Below, piece after piece: positions 31,305 to 40,675 of a stretch of DNA of 64,000 nucleotides. The DNA comes from Pseudomonadota bacterium (GTDB taxonomy: Bacteria > Myxococcota_A > Polyangia > GCA-2747355): assembly GCA_016711215.1 (NCBI GenBank), contig JADJTL010000001.1, forward strand, positions 531,330 to 595,329, in the 5' to 3' direction. The notes below the pieces were generated by a model that was not told where the DNA came from, did not search any database, and saw only the letters and a program-made list of their open reading frames with translations. The position numbers and the translations under genes are program-made. Each line of letters starts with the position of its first letter. Positions within the stretch are counted from its first letter, which is position 1.

Positions 31305-32261
31305 ATGTCTGCCCAGCGGAGATCGCCGGTGCCCGGCGCGCGCGGGGTCGCGTCGCCGGGCGCGCCTGGCGCGGCCGCCCAAGGCTCTGCGCGCGCAGAC
31401 CTTGCGCCGGCGCGGCGACCCGTCGCGGCCGCTGGGTTCACGCTGATCGAGCTGATGGTCGTGCTCGCGGTCGTGGCGTTGGTGACGGGGGCGGCGACCG
31501 TGTCGTTGCGCTCGGTGCTGCAGAGCGAGCTGCGCAGCGCGGCCGCGCGGACGGCCGGCGCGCTGGCGGCGGCCTTCGACCGCGCGGCGATGAGTGGACG
31601 GACGGTGCGCGTGGCGATCGATCTGGACCAGGGGAGGCTATGGCTGGAGACGGCCGGCCGCGGGGTGGCTCTCGGGGCGTCGCCGGGCGCTGCCGGCGGG
31701 CGTGAGGCGTCCGCGGAAGCCTCCACGGACCCAGCGGAGGCGGAGGCGGAGGCGGAGGCGGAGGCGGAGGCGGAAGCCGACGCTGAGCAGGAGCAGGCGG
31801 AAGGCGGGGCGAGCGCCGGTGCCGCAAAGCTGCCCCTCGGGCTCGGCGGGGCAGCAGAGGACGAGGCCCCGGCTGGGATCGACCCCGCAGCGCTGTTGGC
31901 GGCCCATGAGCGCGACCTCGAGCCCCTGCGGCGGCCGAAGCCCCGGTTTCGCGCGGTCAAGGGTGCCGCTGGTGCTCGGCAACCGCTCGGCCGCGGTGTG
32001 CGGATCGAGGCCGTGCTGACCCCCCGCATGGTGGAGCCGCAGACCAAGGGGATCGCGTACATCCATTGCTTCGCTCAGGGGCTGGCGGAGCCAGCGGTGA
32101 TCGTGCTGCGCAGCGGCGAGGACAGCTTCTATTCGGTGACGCTTCACCCGCTCAGCGGTCGTGCTCGGGTCCATGCCTGCCGCGTGCCGCTGCCCCACGA
32201 TTTTGGGGATGAGGAAGCTGCTGCGCTGCTCGACGGACAGCAGCCCTGTGAGGGGAGTTGA
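31305..32261 (+). CDS. gspH: minor pseudopilin, GspH-like, with (Glu-Ala)n insert
   Basis: AG|FTLIELMVVLAVV motif after a leader of at least 36 aa. Position after gspG. Internal AEAEAEAEAEAEAEADAEQEQ. Confidence 0.6.
   Translation: MSAQRRSPVPGARGVASPGAPGAAAQGSARADLAPARRPVAAAGFTLIELMVVLAVVALVTGAATVSLRSVLQSELRSAAARTAGALAAAFDRAAMSGRTVRVAIDLDQGRLWLETAGRGVALGASPGAAGGREASAEASTDPAEAEAEAEAEAEAEADAEQEQAEGGASAGAAKLPLGLGGAAEDEAPAGIDPAALLAAHERDLEPLRRPKPRFRAVKGAAGARQPLGRGVRIEAVLTPRMVEPQTKGIAYIHCFAQGLAEPAVIVLRSGEDSFYSVTLHPLSGRARVHACRVPLPHDFGDEEAAALLDGQQPCEGS
31734..31775 (+). repeat. 6-bp tandem repeat gcggag x6 plus gcggaa (Glu-Ala repeat)
   Basis: Read directly in the sequence, in frame inside the gspH-like gene. 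Confidence 0.9.
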
Positions 32262-32917
32262 TGTCACGTCCCGAGCGGCAGTCGCGCCGATCGCGCGGAG
32301 CGCGGGCCACGTCGGCCGAAAGCTCGGGCTTCACCTTGGTCGAGGTGATGGTCGCGCTGGCGATCCTGGCGCTCGCGCTGACGGTAGTCGCTGAGGCGCA
32401 GCAGGCGGGCATGCGGCGCACGCTGCGCGCCCAATTCGTCACCACCGCGACGATGCTGGCGCGCGAGAAGATGATCGACGTCGAGGAGCGACTCTACGAG
32501 AAGGGCTTCTCCCAGTTCGAAGAGGAGCAAGAGGGTGACTTCGAGGGCGAAGGACTGGAGCGCTTTCGCTATCGCGTCACGATCGACAAGGTCGAGCTGC
32601 CGAGCGGCCTCGATGCGCAGGCATTGGCGGGGGCCCTCGGCGGGAGGGAGGGCAGCGAGGGCTCGGCCGGCGGCGCTGGCGGGGCGACGGCGATCGGAGG
32701 CCAGCTTCTCGGAGGCCAGCTCGAGCTCTTCCGTACGGTGCTGGAGCAGTCGATCCGGCGCGTCTCCCTGCAGGTGCTGTGGCGCGAGGGGCGCAGTGAG
32801 CAGCAGGTGCAGGTCGACGCCTACTTCACAGATCCGTCGCTCGTCGGCGGAGGCGCGATGGGGGGCCTCGCGGCGCCTGCGGACAGCGCGGCGCGTGGGC
32901 CTGGGGTAGCGCGATGA
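32258..32917 (+). CDS. gspI: minor pseudopilin, GspI-like
   Basis: SG|FTLVEVMVALAIL motif. ATGA start/stop overlap with gspH. 24-aa basic leader. Confidence 0.65.
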   Translation: MMSRPERQSRRSRGARATSAESSGFTLVEVMVALAILALALTVVAEAQQAGMRRTLRAQFVTTATMLAREKMIDVEERLYEKGFSQFEEEQEGDFEGEGLERFRYRVTIDKVELPSGLDAQALAGALGGREGSEGSAGGAGGATAIGGQLLGGQLELFRTVLEQSIRRVSLQVLWREGRSEQQVQVDAYFTDPSLVGGGAMGGLAAPADSAARGPGVAR

Positions 32918-33663
32918 AGCTGGGCGATGCGCAGCAGCGGCGCCCGAGACGCCTCGCGGGCACGGCCGCGGCGCGGACGAGGTCCGCGGAGGGCTTCACG
33001 CTGATCGAGGTGCTGCTGAGCATGGCGATCATGGCGATGATGGCGGCGCTGGCCTGGGGATCGTTCTCGGCGACGGCGCGCAGCAAGACGCTGGCTGAGC
33101 GCTCGATCGGGCGCTATCAGCAGGTGCGCACGGCGCTCAACCGGATCGCGCGCGAGCTGGCGATGGCCTATCTCTCGAAGAATGACCAGAGTGGAGCGCT
33201 GCACCCGCGGACCCGCTTCGTTGGCAAGCGCGGCAGCAAGGTCGACGAGCTGACCTTCTCGACGCTGGCGCACGTGCGACTGCGTGAGAACGCGCGCGAA
33301 TGCGACCAGAGCGTGATCCGTTACACGGTGGCGCCGGGCCCCGCGGGGCGCGCGGGTCGCCAGCGCTTGTTGCGGCGGGAGAGCCCGCGGCTGGGCAGCG
33401 AACGCGAGCCCGAGGAGGATGGCGCGGCCTATGTCGTGCTCGAGGACGTCCGCACGCTGCGCTTCGAGTACTACGATGCGCAGGCCAAGGAGTGGCGCGA
33501 GGAGTGGAGCACCATGGCGGCCGACGGTCAGCCCGACCGGCTGCCCGAGATCGTCCGCGTCGTGCTCACCGTGGTCGATGAGCGCGAACGCGAGCGGACC
33601 TTTCGCACCGCAGCACGAACGTTCTTGAGGGATCCGCTGTGGGTATCATCCGCCGTCGATTGA
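32914..33663 (+). CDS. gspJ: minor pseudopilin, GspJ-like
   Basis: EG|FTLIEVLLSMAIM motif. Start overlaps the gspI stop. 27-aa basic leader. Confidence 0.65.
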   Translation: MKLGDAQQRRPRRLAGTAAARTRSAEGFTLIEVLLSMAIMAMMAALAWGSFSATARSKTLAERSIGRYQQVRTALNRIARELAMAYLSKNDQSGALHPRTRFVGKRGSKVDELTFSTLAHVRLRENARECDQSVIRYTVAPGPAGRAGRQRLLRRESPRLGSEREPEEDGAAYVVLEDVRTLRFEYYDAQAKEWREEWSTMAADGQPDRLPEIVRVVLTVVDERERERTFRTAARTFLRDPLWVSSAVD

Positions 33664-34892
33664 GCAAGCACGATCAGGGCGTCGCGCTGGTGGCGGTGGT
33701 CGTGATGGTCGCCGTGATCGGCGCGCTGAGCGCCGACTTCGCCTTCGGCGTGCGCGTCGATTACGCGGCGGCGGCGAACGCCCGTGACGAGCTGCGCGCC
33801 CATTATCTCAACCGATCGGCGATCAACCTGGGGCGGCTGCTCTTGCGGGTCCAGACGCAGATGATCGAGCCCAATCGACAATTGCTCGGTGGCTTCGACC
33901 TGCAGCTCCCCGACTACGCGTCGACGCTGCTGGCGGCCTTTCAGGGGCGCGAGGGCGCTGAGCTGCTCGGGGGGCTCTTCGGGGTCGCGCCGGGGGACAT
34001 CCGCGGCCTCGGGCTTGGCGCCGGGAGCTTCGATTTGCAGATGCAGAGCCTCGATGGCCGCCTCAACCTCAACTGCGCGGGGGGGCCGAATCCGGGTGCG
34101 CCTGCGGTCCTGCGCCTGGCGGCGGGCGTGGCCGCGCTCTTGGCCCCGCGGCGTTACGATCGCCTCTTCGAGCGCATGGACGATCGCGGCCAGTACAACG
34201 ACCGCTTGACCGTGCTGCGCGCGATCATCGATTGGGCCGACCAGGATCAGCAGCTCTTCGGTAGCAGCGCGGCCGAGGACTACCGCTATGAGGAGGGCAA
34301 GGACGGCTATCGGACGAAGAACCAGTACTTCGACACCCTCGAGGAGCTGCGGCTGGTCCGGGGCGTCGACGAGGATTTCATGGCGGCGTTCGCCGATCAG
34401 CTGACCGTATATGGTGGGTGCCGGCCCAATATCGCGCTGATGGGCATGCCGACGATCATGGCGCTGATCACGCAGTTCGCGGCTGTTCCGACCGATCCCG
34501 GGCTCGAGTACCGCAACCTGGCCTTGCTCGCGCGCTACGTCTACGAGATCGGTCAGCTCCGCGGCTTCAGCAAGGTCAAAGACCTGATCGATGCGGTCGA
34601 GGATCCGATGGGGCAGCTCAGTCTGGGCAGCGCGATAGCCGGCCTGCTCGGGCAGGGGAAGTCGGAGCCGCCGGAGGGACTGCCGCCCGTGACTGGCGTC
34701 AAGCTCTCACCGAAGGTCGAGGAAGCTGTGGTGGCCGGCCAGCCGCGCCGAGTCTGGCGTATGGTGGCGGAGTCCACCGTTGGCCGCGTGCAGAAGCGGC
34801 TGACGGCGGTCTGGGATCAGGGCCTGATTTCGATGCAGGCGAGCCGGGCCAACAGCGGACCGGGCGGGTTCGTCTATTGGCGAGAGGATTAG
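33639..34892 (+). CDS. gspK: minor pseudopilin GspK
   Basis: QGVALVAVVVMVAVIGALS N-terminus (no cleavage Gly-Phe), size and position typical of GspK. An alternative TTG start at 33660 overlaps the gspJ TGA. Confidence 0.7.
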   Translation: MGIIRRRLSKHDQGVALVAVVVMVAVIGALSADFAFGVRVDYAAAANARDELRAHYLNRSAINLGRLLLRVQTQMIEPNRQLLGGFDLQLPDYASTLLAAFQGREGAELLGGLFGVAPGDIRGLGLGAGSFDLQMQSLDGRLNLNCAGGPNPGAPAVLRLAAGVAALLAPRRYDRLFERMDDRGQYNDRLTVLRAIIDWADQDQQLFGSSAAEDYRYEEGKDGYRTKNQYFDTLEELRLVRGVDEDFMAAFADQLTVYGGCRPNIALMGMPTIMALITQFAAVPTDPGLEYRNLALLARYVYEIGQLRGFSKVKDLIDAVEDPMGQLSLGSAIAGLLGQGKSEPPEGLPPVTGVKLSPKVEEAVVAGQPRRVWRMVAESTVGRVQKRLTAVWDQGLISMQASRANSGPGGFVYWRED

Positions 34893-34896
34893 GGCG

Positions 34897-36453
34897 ATGA
34901 GTCAGCGCGTGTTCGGCATCGATCTCGGTGCACACAGCGTCAAGGTTGCGGAGCTGGAGGTGGGCTTTCGCACGGTGCACCTGGCGCGCTTGCAGACGCT
35001 GGAGCTGCCTCCCGGCGCAGGCAGCGCGCTGACGCGCGGGCTGCAGGTGCTTGGGGACGCGGTCAGCGTCGGTCCCGGCGACCTGCTGAGCGTGGGCCTG
35101 CCGGGGGATCGTGTGCTGATGCGCCTGCTCGATGTGCCCTTCACCGATGCGCGCCGGGTGCATGCGTTGGTGGGCAGCGAGCTGGCGGACGATCTGCCCT
35201 GGGAGCTGGACGAGCTGGTCTTCGACCAGCGTGTCGTGCGAGCGGGCGGCAAGGGCCTGGCCGGGCAGGCGCTCGTCGGCGCGGCGCGACGAGATGAGCT
35301 GAGCGAGTTGGTGGCTCAGCTCGCTCAAGCCGGCCTCGCGCCGCAGGGCCTGATCGTTGCGGCGTCGAGCTACGGCAGCCTCTTGCGCCGCCTCGGCGAA
35401 GATCAAACCGTGCTGATCGTCGACCTCGGGCATCTCCACACCAACCTCGCCTTGCTCGTCGCCGGCCAGACGATGCTCGCTCGCTCGATCTCGCGCGGTG
35501 GCCACCAGATCACGGAGGCGCTGCGCAGCACCTTCCAGCTCGACTACCACGAGGCCGAGCAGTTCAAGCATGCGCATGCGCGCGTGGTCGATGATCCCCA
35601 ACCGCTCGGCGCCAGTGAGCGGCGGGTGGCGCAGATGACGGCGCAGGCCATCGCCCCCGTGGTGGGCGAGGTGCGCCGGACGCTCGAGCTGGCGGCGAGT
35701 CGACTCGGGCTGCAGCCCGATCGCGTGCTGCTCTGCGGGGGTACGGCGCAGCTCCAGGGCTTGAGCCGGTACCTGGCGATCGAGCTCGAGCGCCCGGTGG
35801 AGCTGCTGAGCCTGGCCGCCGACCCGGACCTGGGTCGCGCCGACCTGACGCCGGAGGCGCAGCTCGTCGGGGCGCTTCCGCTGGCGTTGGCGCTCGAGCA
35901 CGGGCGCCGGCAGGCGCTCGATCTGCGCCGCGACGAGCTGGCCTTTCAGACCAGTCGCTCGCTCGCCCGTGAGAAGGCGCTGCCACTCGGCATCGGGCTG
36001 GGGGTGGTGCTATTGCTCGCGGCGCTGAGCGTGGGTGCCTCGCTCAACGCCGTGCGCACCGAACACGCGGCGCTGAGCGCCGAGCTGCAGCGGAGCACGC
36101 GTCGGGTCTTGGGCGAGGCAGTCCGGGATCCGGAGCTGGCGACGCGCCGGGTGCGCGTGGGCGCGCGCCCGAACAAGCAGGCGATCCGCATGACCACTGC
36201 AGCCGAGGTCTACGGGCTGATCGCCGACCGTCTACCCGCGCGTGGTCAGGTGCAGCTCGATGTCACGCGGCTCGAGATCAAACCAGGGAAGACAGTCCTG
36301 CGGGGCACGGCCGAGACGCGCAAGGCAGTCGGCGAGGTGGTCGAGGCGTTGCAGCAGGAGCCGTGCTTCGCCGAGGTCAGTTCGGGGCGAATCTCAGAGG
36401 TGGCGGAAGGCAAGAAGCAGTTTGCGTTGACCTTGACGACGAGCTGCTTCTGA
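34897..36453 (+). CDS. gspL: T2SS assembly protein GspL (PilM/actin-like N-domain + TM)
   Basis: FGIDLGAHSVKVAELEV N-terminus (PilM/GspL cytoplasmic fold style), a TM segment near residue 370, and position in the cluster. Confidence 0.65.
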   Translation: MSQRVFGIDLGAHSVKVAELEVGFRTVHLARLQTLELPPGAGSALTRGLQVLGDAVSVGPGDLLSVGLPGDRVLMRLLDVPFTDARRVHALVGSELADDLPWELDELVFDQRVVRAGGKGLAGQALVGAARRDELSELVAQLAQAGLAPQGLIVAASSYGSLLRRLGEDQTVLIVDLGHLHTNLALLVAGQTMLARSISRGGHQITEALRSTFQLDYHEAEQFKHAHARVVDDPQPLGASERRVAQMTAQAIAPVVGEVRRTLELAASRLGLQPDRVLLCGGTAQLQGLSRYLAIELERPVELLSLAADPDLGRADLTPEAQLVGALPLALALEHGRRQALDLRRDELAFQTSRSLAREKALPLGIGLGVVLLLAALSVGASLNAVRTEHAALSAELQRSTRRVLGEAVRDPELATRRVRVGARPNKQAIRMTTAAEVYGLIADRLPARGQVQLDVTRLEIKPGKTVLRGTAETRKAVGEVVEALQQEPCFAEVSSGRISEVAEGKKQFALTLTTSCF

Positions 36454-36476
36454 CGCGGCGGGCGCAGGAGAGGATC

Positions 36477-37085
36477 ATGGCCATGCGGGGAATGGGTTGG
36501 GTCGAGGCGCTCTTCGACGATGCACGCGGGGCCTTTCAGCGGCTCGCGGCGCGCGATCGGCTGCTCGTGTTGGCGCTGGCCGCGACCTTCTGTCTGCTCG
36601 TGGTCGGCGGCGGCGCCTACCTGCTCTTCGCGGAGATCTCCGAGCTCGGCGAGGAGAGTCGCGCGATGCGAAAGGCGCTGATCGAGCTCGAGCACTATCG
36701 TGAGCCCTATCGGCAGGCGCAGCAGCAGCAGCTCGCGCTCGCCCAGCGCGTGCCACCCGTGGCGCTCGAGCTCAACGAGTTCCTCGAGGGCGCCGCTTCG
36801 GCCGCGGGCGTGAAGATCGACGAGTCGAACGAGACCGCCTCGGCCGCTGTCGGGCCCTACCTGCGCAGCGGGCTCGAGGTCAAGGTGCGGAAGGTGAAGG
36901 TCGGGGAGCTCGGCAAGCTCCTGGGGCGCATCGCCGCGACGACGCAGCATCTGGTCCAGGTGCGGGAGCTGAGCGTCAGCACGCGCTGGGGTCGGCCTGA
37001 CGAGCTCGATGTCGAGCTGGTCATCGCCACCTACAGTCGGCAGCCGCTGAAGGCTGCCGGCCGTGAACCACGCGAGGGAGGGTAG
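36477..37085 (+). CDS. gspM: T2SS protein GspM-like
   Basis: ORF trimmed to ATG 36477. Single TM (LLVLALAATFCLLVVGGGAYLLF), about 200 aa, follows gspL. Confidence 0.55.
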   Translation: MAMRGMGWVEALFDDARGAFQRLAARDRLLVLALAATFCLLVVGGGAYLLFAEISELGEESRAMRKALIELEHYREPYRQAQQQQLALAQRVPPVALELNEFLEGAASAAGVKIDESNETASAAVGPYLRSGLEVKVRKVKVGELGKLLGRIAATTQHLVQVRELSVSTRWGRPDELDVELVIATYSRQPLKAAGREPREGG

Positions 37086-37090
37086 AGCGG

Positions 37091-38164
37091 ATGCGACTCG
37101 GCCAGCGGACGCATAGGGCGCTCAAACTGACCGGCTACGTCAGCTGGGCGCTCTTGCTCTTCGTCCTCTTCCTCTACCAGACCCTGCCGCTGCACCGCGT
37201 GCAGGCGTTGGTCGAGGGTCAGACCTTCGTGCTCGGCGAGTGGAGCGTCGAGGTGGCCGCGATCGGCGGCATGAGCGCTCGGCCGCCCTTCGCGTTGCGG
37301 GTCGAGGGGCTGAAGCTGCGGGTGCACCAGCTCCCAGGCCGCGCGCGGCGCGCGGGCTACGGCGGTGCCACCAACGCCTTGCTCGCACCGGCGGCGCCAA
37401 CGGCCGCTGCCGGGCCGCGGACGCAGCTCGTGGTGATCGACGAGCTGGGGGTCGCGCTCGGCTTGTCGACGGTGCGTGCCGTGCTGCAGCGGAGCACGGT
37501 GGCGGGGCTCCTGGCCCAGGCCGACGTCGACGTGACGCTGCGCGGGCTCGGAGGCAGCGCCGAGCTGAGCTACCGCGCGACGCCGCGGGAGGGCGCGCGC
37601 CTGCGGCTCGAGGCCGAGGGGATCGACGCGAGCCAGGTGCCTCAGCTCCAGTCGCTCGGTCCGCCCGTCAGCGGACGGCTGGGCGCGGCGATCGACCTCC
37701 GCGCGCCCGGCGGGCGCTGGGCGGAGGCCGCCGGATCGATTGACCTGCAGTGCAACGGCCTGGCGATGGGCGACGGCAAGGCGAAGCTCATCGTCCCGAG
37801 CAATCCGCTCTTGGCGCTCGGTCTGACCTTCCCGCGCCTGCGGCTGGGTCGGCTCAGCGGGCGCGTGCGCGTCGAGAAGGGGCTGGTGCAGCTCGGTTCG
37901 CTCTCACTGCGCAGCCCGGACCTCGAGCTGCGGGTCGATGGCACGATTCAGCTGCGCGATCCGCTGCTCTTCTCGGTCGTCGAGGCCTTTGCGCAGTTTC
38001 GCATCGGCGCGGATCTGATGCGCCGCGAGTCCACGCTCTTTGCCCCGCTCGACCTGGCGCTGGGCGCGGCGCGGCGGCCCGACGGCTTCTTCGGCCTGCG
38101 GATCTCTGGGGCGCTGCGCGCGCCGCTCGTGATTCCGAGCCAGCAGCCCGCCCGCGGCGCCTGA
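37091..38164 (+). CDS. gspN: T2SS protein GspN-like
   Basis: N-terminal TM, size, and last position in the gsp cluster. The call rests mostly on synteny. Confidence 0.5.
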   Translation: MRLGQRTHRALKLTGYVSWALLLFVLFLYQTLPLHRVQALVEGQTFVLGEWSVEVAAIGGMSARPPFALRVEGLKLRVHQLPGRARRAGYGGATNALLAPAAPTAAAGPRTQLVVIDELGVALGLSTVRAVLQRSTVAGLLAQADVDVTLRGLGGSAELSYRATPREGARLRLEAEGIDASQVPQLQSLGPPVSGRLGAAIDLRAPGGRWAEAAGSIDLQCNGLAMGDGKAKLIVPSNPLLALGLTFPRLRLGRLSGRVRVEKGLVQLGSLSLRSPDLELRVDGTIQLRDPLLFSVVEAFAQFRIGADLMRRESTLFAPLDLALGAARRPDGFFGLRISGALRAPLVIPSQQPARGA

Positions 38165-38258
38165 GGGGCGATCAGCCGCGGCGGGCGGCGCGAGGCGATG
38201 GCCTCGGTGAGCGCGCGCTGGCGGCGAAGCCGCCGGGAAGGACGGAAGGGGGCCACTG

Positions 38259-39359
38259 ATGGCAGGCGAGCACGAGATCGGCTGGGAGGATGTGGGAGCC
38301 GTCGAGGTGCTCGCGCAGGCGGCCGTTCAGCAGGTCAGCGTCGGCCACGTGCGCCTCGCCCTGACCCACAGGGACGGGGTCTTTGGGGCCATCCAGGGGA
38401 GCTGCAACCATGCGGGCGGCCCGCTCGGCAACGGCACGCTCGAGGGGGAGTTCGTCGTTTGCCCCTGGCATCAATGGCGCTTCCATCGGATCGAGGGTCA
38501 CGGCGAGCCCGGCTTCGAGGAGGACGCCGTGCCGGCCTATCGCACGCGCGTGCGGGACGGGCGCGTCGAGGTCAGCCGCGCGCCGCATACCAAGCGCGCC
38601 AAGAAGCCCCACGCGCCACATCCGCTCGCGCGGCCCGTGCGGCGCGAGCCGGGCAAGCCGCGCGTCGTCGGGATCTCGACCACGGTGATGCAGCCGGACT
38701 ACCCGCGCTATTCGACCTCCGAGGCCTTGCTCGAGACGGCGCTGGCGCATGCGGCCGGCCAGGGCCATCCGACGCGCCTCGTCCGCCTGAGGCAACTGAG
38801 CTTTCGCAGCTGCGAGGGCTTCTACTCCAAGGCGGCGCGCGCCTGCACCTGGCCGTGCTCGATCACGCAGATGGATCCGGCGGATCAGCTCGATCAGGTC
38901 TACGAGGCGCTGGTCCACTGGGGCGATGTCTTCCTCGTCGCCACGCCGATCCGCTGGGGCGCGCCGAGCAGCCTCTACTTCAAGATGGTAGAGCGCATGA
39001 ACTGCATCCAGAATCAGGTCACGATCGCGCGCAAGGTGCTGCTGCAGAACAAGGTCGTCGCCGCGATCATCACGGGCGGCCAGGATAACGTGCAAGCCGT
39101 CGCCGGTCAGATGCTTGGCTTCTTCGCCGAGCTCGGCTGCCAGTTCCCTCAGTTCCCCTACATCGCCCATTCGCGCGGCTGGACCGCCGAGGACATGGAG
39201 CGCAACGTCGCGGCCGTCCAGGGGAGCGCCCAGCTCAAGGCGGCGGCCTGCGAGCTCGTCGACCGCGGGATCGAGCTCGCAGGGCGGCTGCTGATGACCG
39301 CCCCGCGCCGCGTCGCGGCTGGCGCCGGTCGCAAGGGCTGCGCCATCCCGATCGACTGA
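38259..39359 (+). CDS. Rieske [2Fe-2S] domain fused to a flavodoxin-like / iron-sulfur-flavoprotein-type FMN reductase domain
   Basis: Rieske motif CNH-x16-CPWH (GSCNHAGGPL...VVCPWHQWRF). The C-terminal half is PRVVGISTT...SCEGFYSKAARACTWPCS...VFLVATPIRWGAPSS, in the style of NADPH-dependent FMN reductase/Isf. Confidence 0.75.
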   Translation: MAGEHEIGWEDVGAVEVLAQAAVQQVSVGHVRLALTHRDGVFGAIQGSCNHAGGPLGNGTLEGEFVVCPWHQWRFHRIEGHGEPGFEEDAVPAYRTRVRDGRVEVSRAPHTKRAKKPHAPHPLARPVRREPGKPRVVGISTTVMQPDYPRYSTSEALLETALAHAAGQGHPTRLVRLRQLSFRSCEGFYSKAARACTWPCSITQMDPADQLDQVYEALVHWGDVFLVATPIRWGAPSSLYFKMVERMNCIQNQVTIARKVLLQNKVVAAIITGGQDNVQAVAGQMLGFFAELGCQFPQFPYIAHSRGWTAEDMERNVAAVQGSAQLKAAACELVDRGIELAGRLLMTAPRRVAAGAGRKGCAIPID

Positions 39360-39554
39360 GGGGCGAGGGAGGGAAGCCTGTAGGCTCGCTGCCGCGGGTC
39401 CTGGCCAAGCGGCGTGGCGCAGCCTCGCCAGCATTGGCGCGGTGGAGGTGGCGAACGCTCGGCTCGGGCTCTGGCAACCATCAATGCGTCGCGCCGATAA
39501 CGCAGCGCCGCCGGGGGCCTGCTGCCAACCGCCTGGTGGCCGGGAGGATCGGTC

Positions 39555-40562
39555 ATGCCGCTGGCGTCGGAGCGAGGGAGGGCGCGCACGAGCTGTGGTG
39601 CTGTGCGCGAGCCGGGTGAAGGCTGCCGTGCGTTGGTCGGAAACGACCCGGCGCTGCAGCGCGTGCGCGAGCGTATCGCGCGCTTTGGGCCGACGCAGCT
39701 TCCGGTCGTGATCGTCGGCGAGACGGGCACCGGCAAGGAGCTCGTCGCCCGAGCCCTCCACGACGCGAGCGCGCGACGCGAGGGTCCCTTCGAGGCCGTC
39801 AACTGCGCTGCGATTCCGCACGAGCTGGCGGAGAGCGAGCTCTTCGGCCACGCGCGCGGGGCCTTCACCGGGGCCCTCGGGAGCTACGCAGGGGCGCTGC
39901 GCCGCGCCGACGGGGGCACGCTCTTCCTCGACGAAATCGGCGAGATGCCGCGAGCGATGCAGCCGAAGCTGCTGCGCGCCCTGGAGGAGGGCAGGGTTCG
40001 CCCGGTGGGCGCCGAGCTGTCGCAGCCGATCGACGTGCGGGTCGTGGCGGCGACCAACCGCGCGCTAGATCGCGACGCCGACCAGGGGCGTTTTCGCCTC
40101 GACCTCTATCATCGCCTGGCGGTCGCCGTGATTCCCTTGCCGGCGCTCCGTGAACGCGCGCAGGACATTCCCCTGCTCGTCGAGCACTTCCTCGCCCGGG
40201 CCAGCGCACGTGAGCAGCGTCCGCCGCCAGCGCTGGCGCCCGACGTGCTGGGCTACCTGCAGCGCCGCGAGTGGAAGGGCAACGTGCGCGCGCTGCGCAA
40301 CGCGATCGATCGCGCGCTGATCAGCGGCGGGCGGGTGTTGCAGCGGCAGGACTTCGAGGTGACCGCGGTGCATCCGGCCATGGCGCAGACCGCACGCGAA
40401 GGGCACGTGCGCTACGAGGGTCGCAGCTTCGCCGCCGTGCGGCGCGAAATCTACATGCGAGTGCTGCGCCAACACGGCGGCAAGCGCGCGGCGGCCGCCG
40501 CGGCGCTCGGCATCGCTCGGTCCACCTTCTCAGACCAGCTCCGGGCGATGGACATCGAGTGA
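39555..40562 (+). CDS. sigma-54 enhancer-binding protein lacking a sensory domain (AAA+ + HTH only)
   Basis: GETGTGKE Walker A, GAFTGA loop, R-fingers and a C-terminal HTH (AAALGIARSTFSDQL). At most about 27 residues precede the AAA+ core because an in-frame stop lies just upstream. Confidence 0.85.
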   Translation: MPLASERGRARTSCGAVREPGEGCRALVGNDPALQRVRERIARFGPTQLPVVIVGETGTGKELVARALHDASARREGPFEAVNCAAIPHELAESELFGHARGAFTGALGSYAGALRRADGGTLFLDEIGEMPRAMQPKLLRALEEGRVRPVGAELSQPIDVRVVAATNRALDRDADQGRFRLDLYHRLAVAVIPLPALRERAQDIPLLVEHFLARASAREQRPPPALAPDVLGYLQRREWKGNVRALRNAIDRALISGGRVLQRQDFEVTAVHPAMAQTAREGHVRYEGRSFAAVRREIYMRVLRQHGGKRAAAAAALGIARSTFSDQLRAMDIE

Positions 40563-40675
40563 GCGCTGCGGCTGTCTTTCGCACCGGATCGTCGGCCGTT
40601 GGGGCGTCCGCTCCGGTCGTCTTAGCAGCCCGTTGATCGATCGCTCCCGTCGCGAGGCAATAAATGAACGGACGG

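Noticed and set aside
36363-36476. 5' extension of the gspM-like ORF overlapping gspL
   Set aside because: It overlaps the gspL 3' end by about 90 nt. The ATG at 36477, 24 nt after the gspL stop, gives a normal GspM-sized protein.
38219-38234. Sigma-54-like element TGGCGG-cgaag-CCGC upstream of the Rieske-flavoprotein gene
   Set aside because: It has GG-N10-GC spacing, but only 4/6 and 2/4 matches to the flanking consensus. Such matches are expected by chance in GC-rich DNA.
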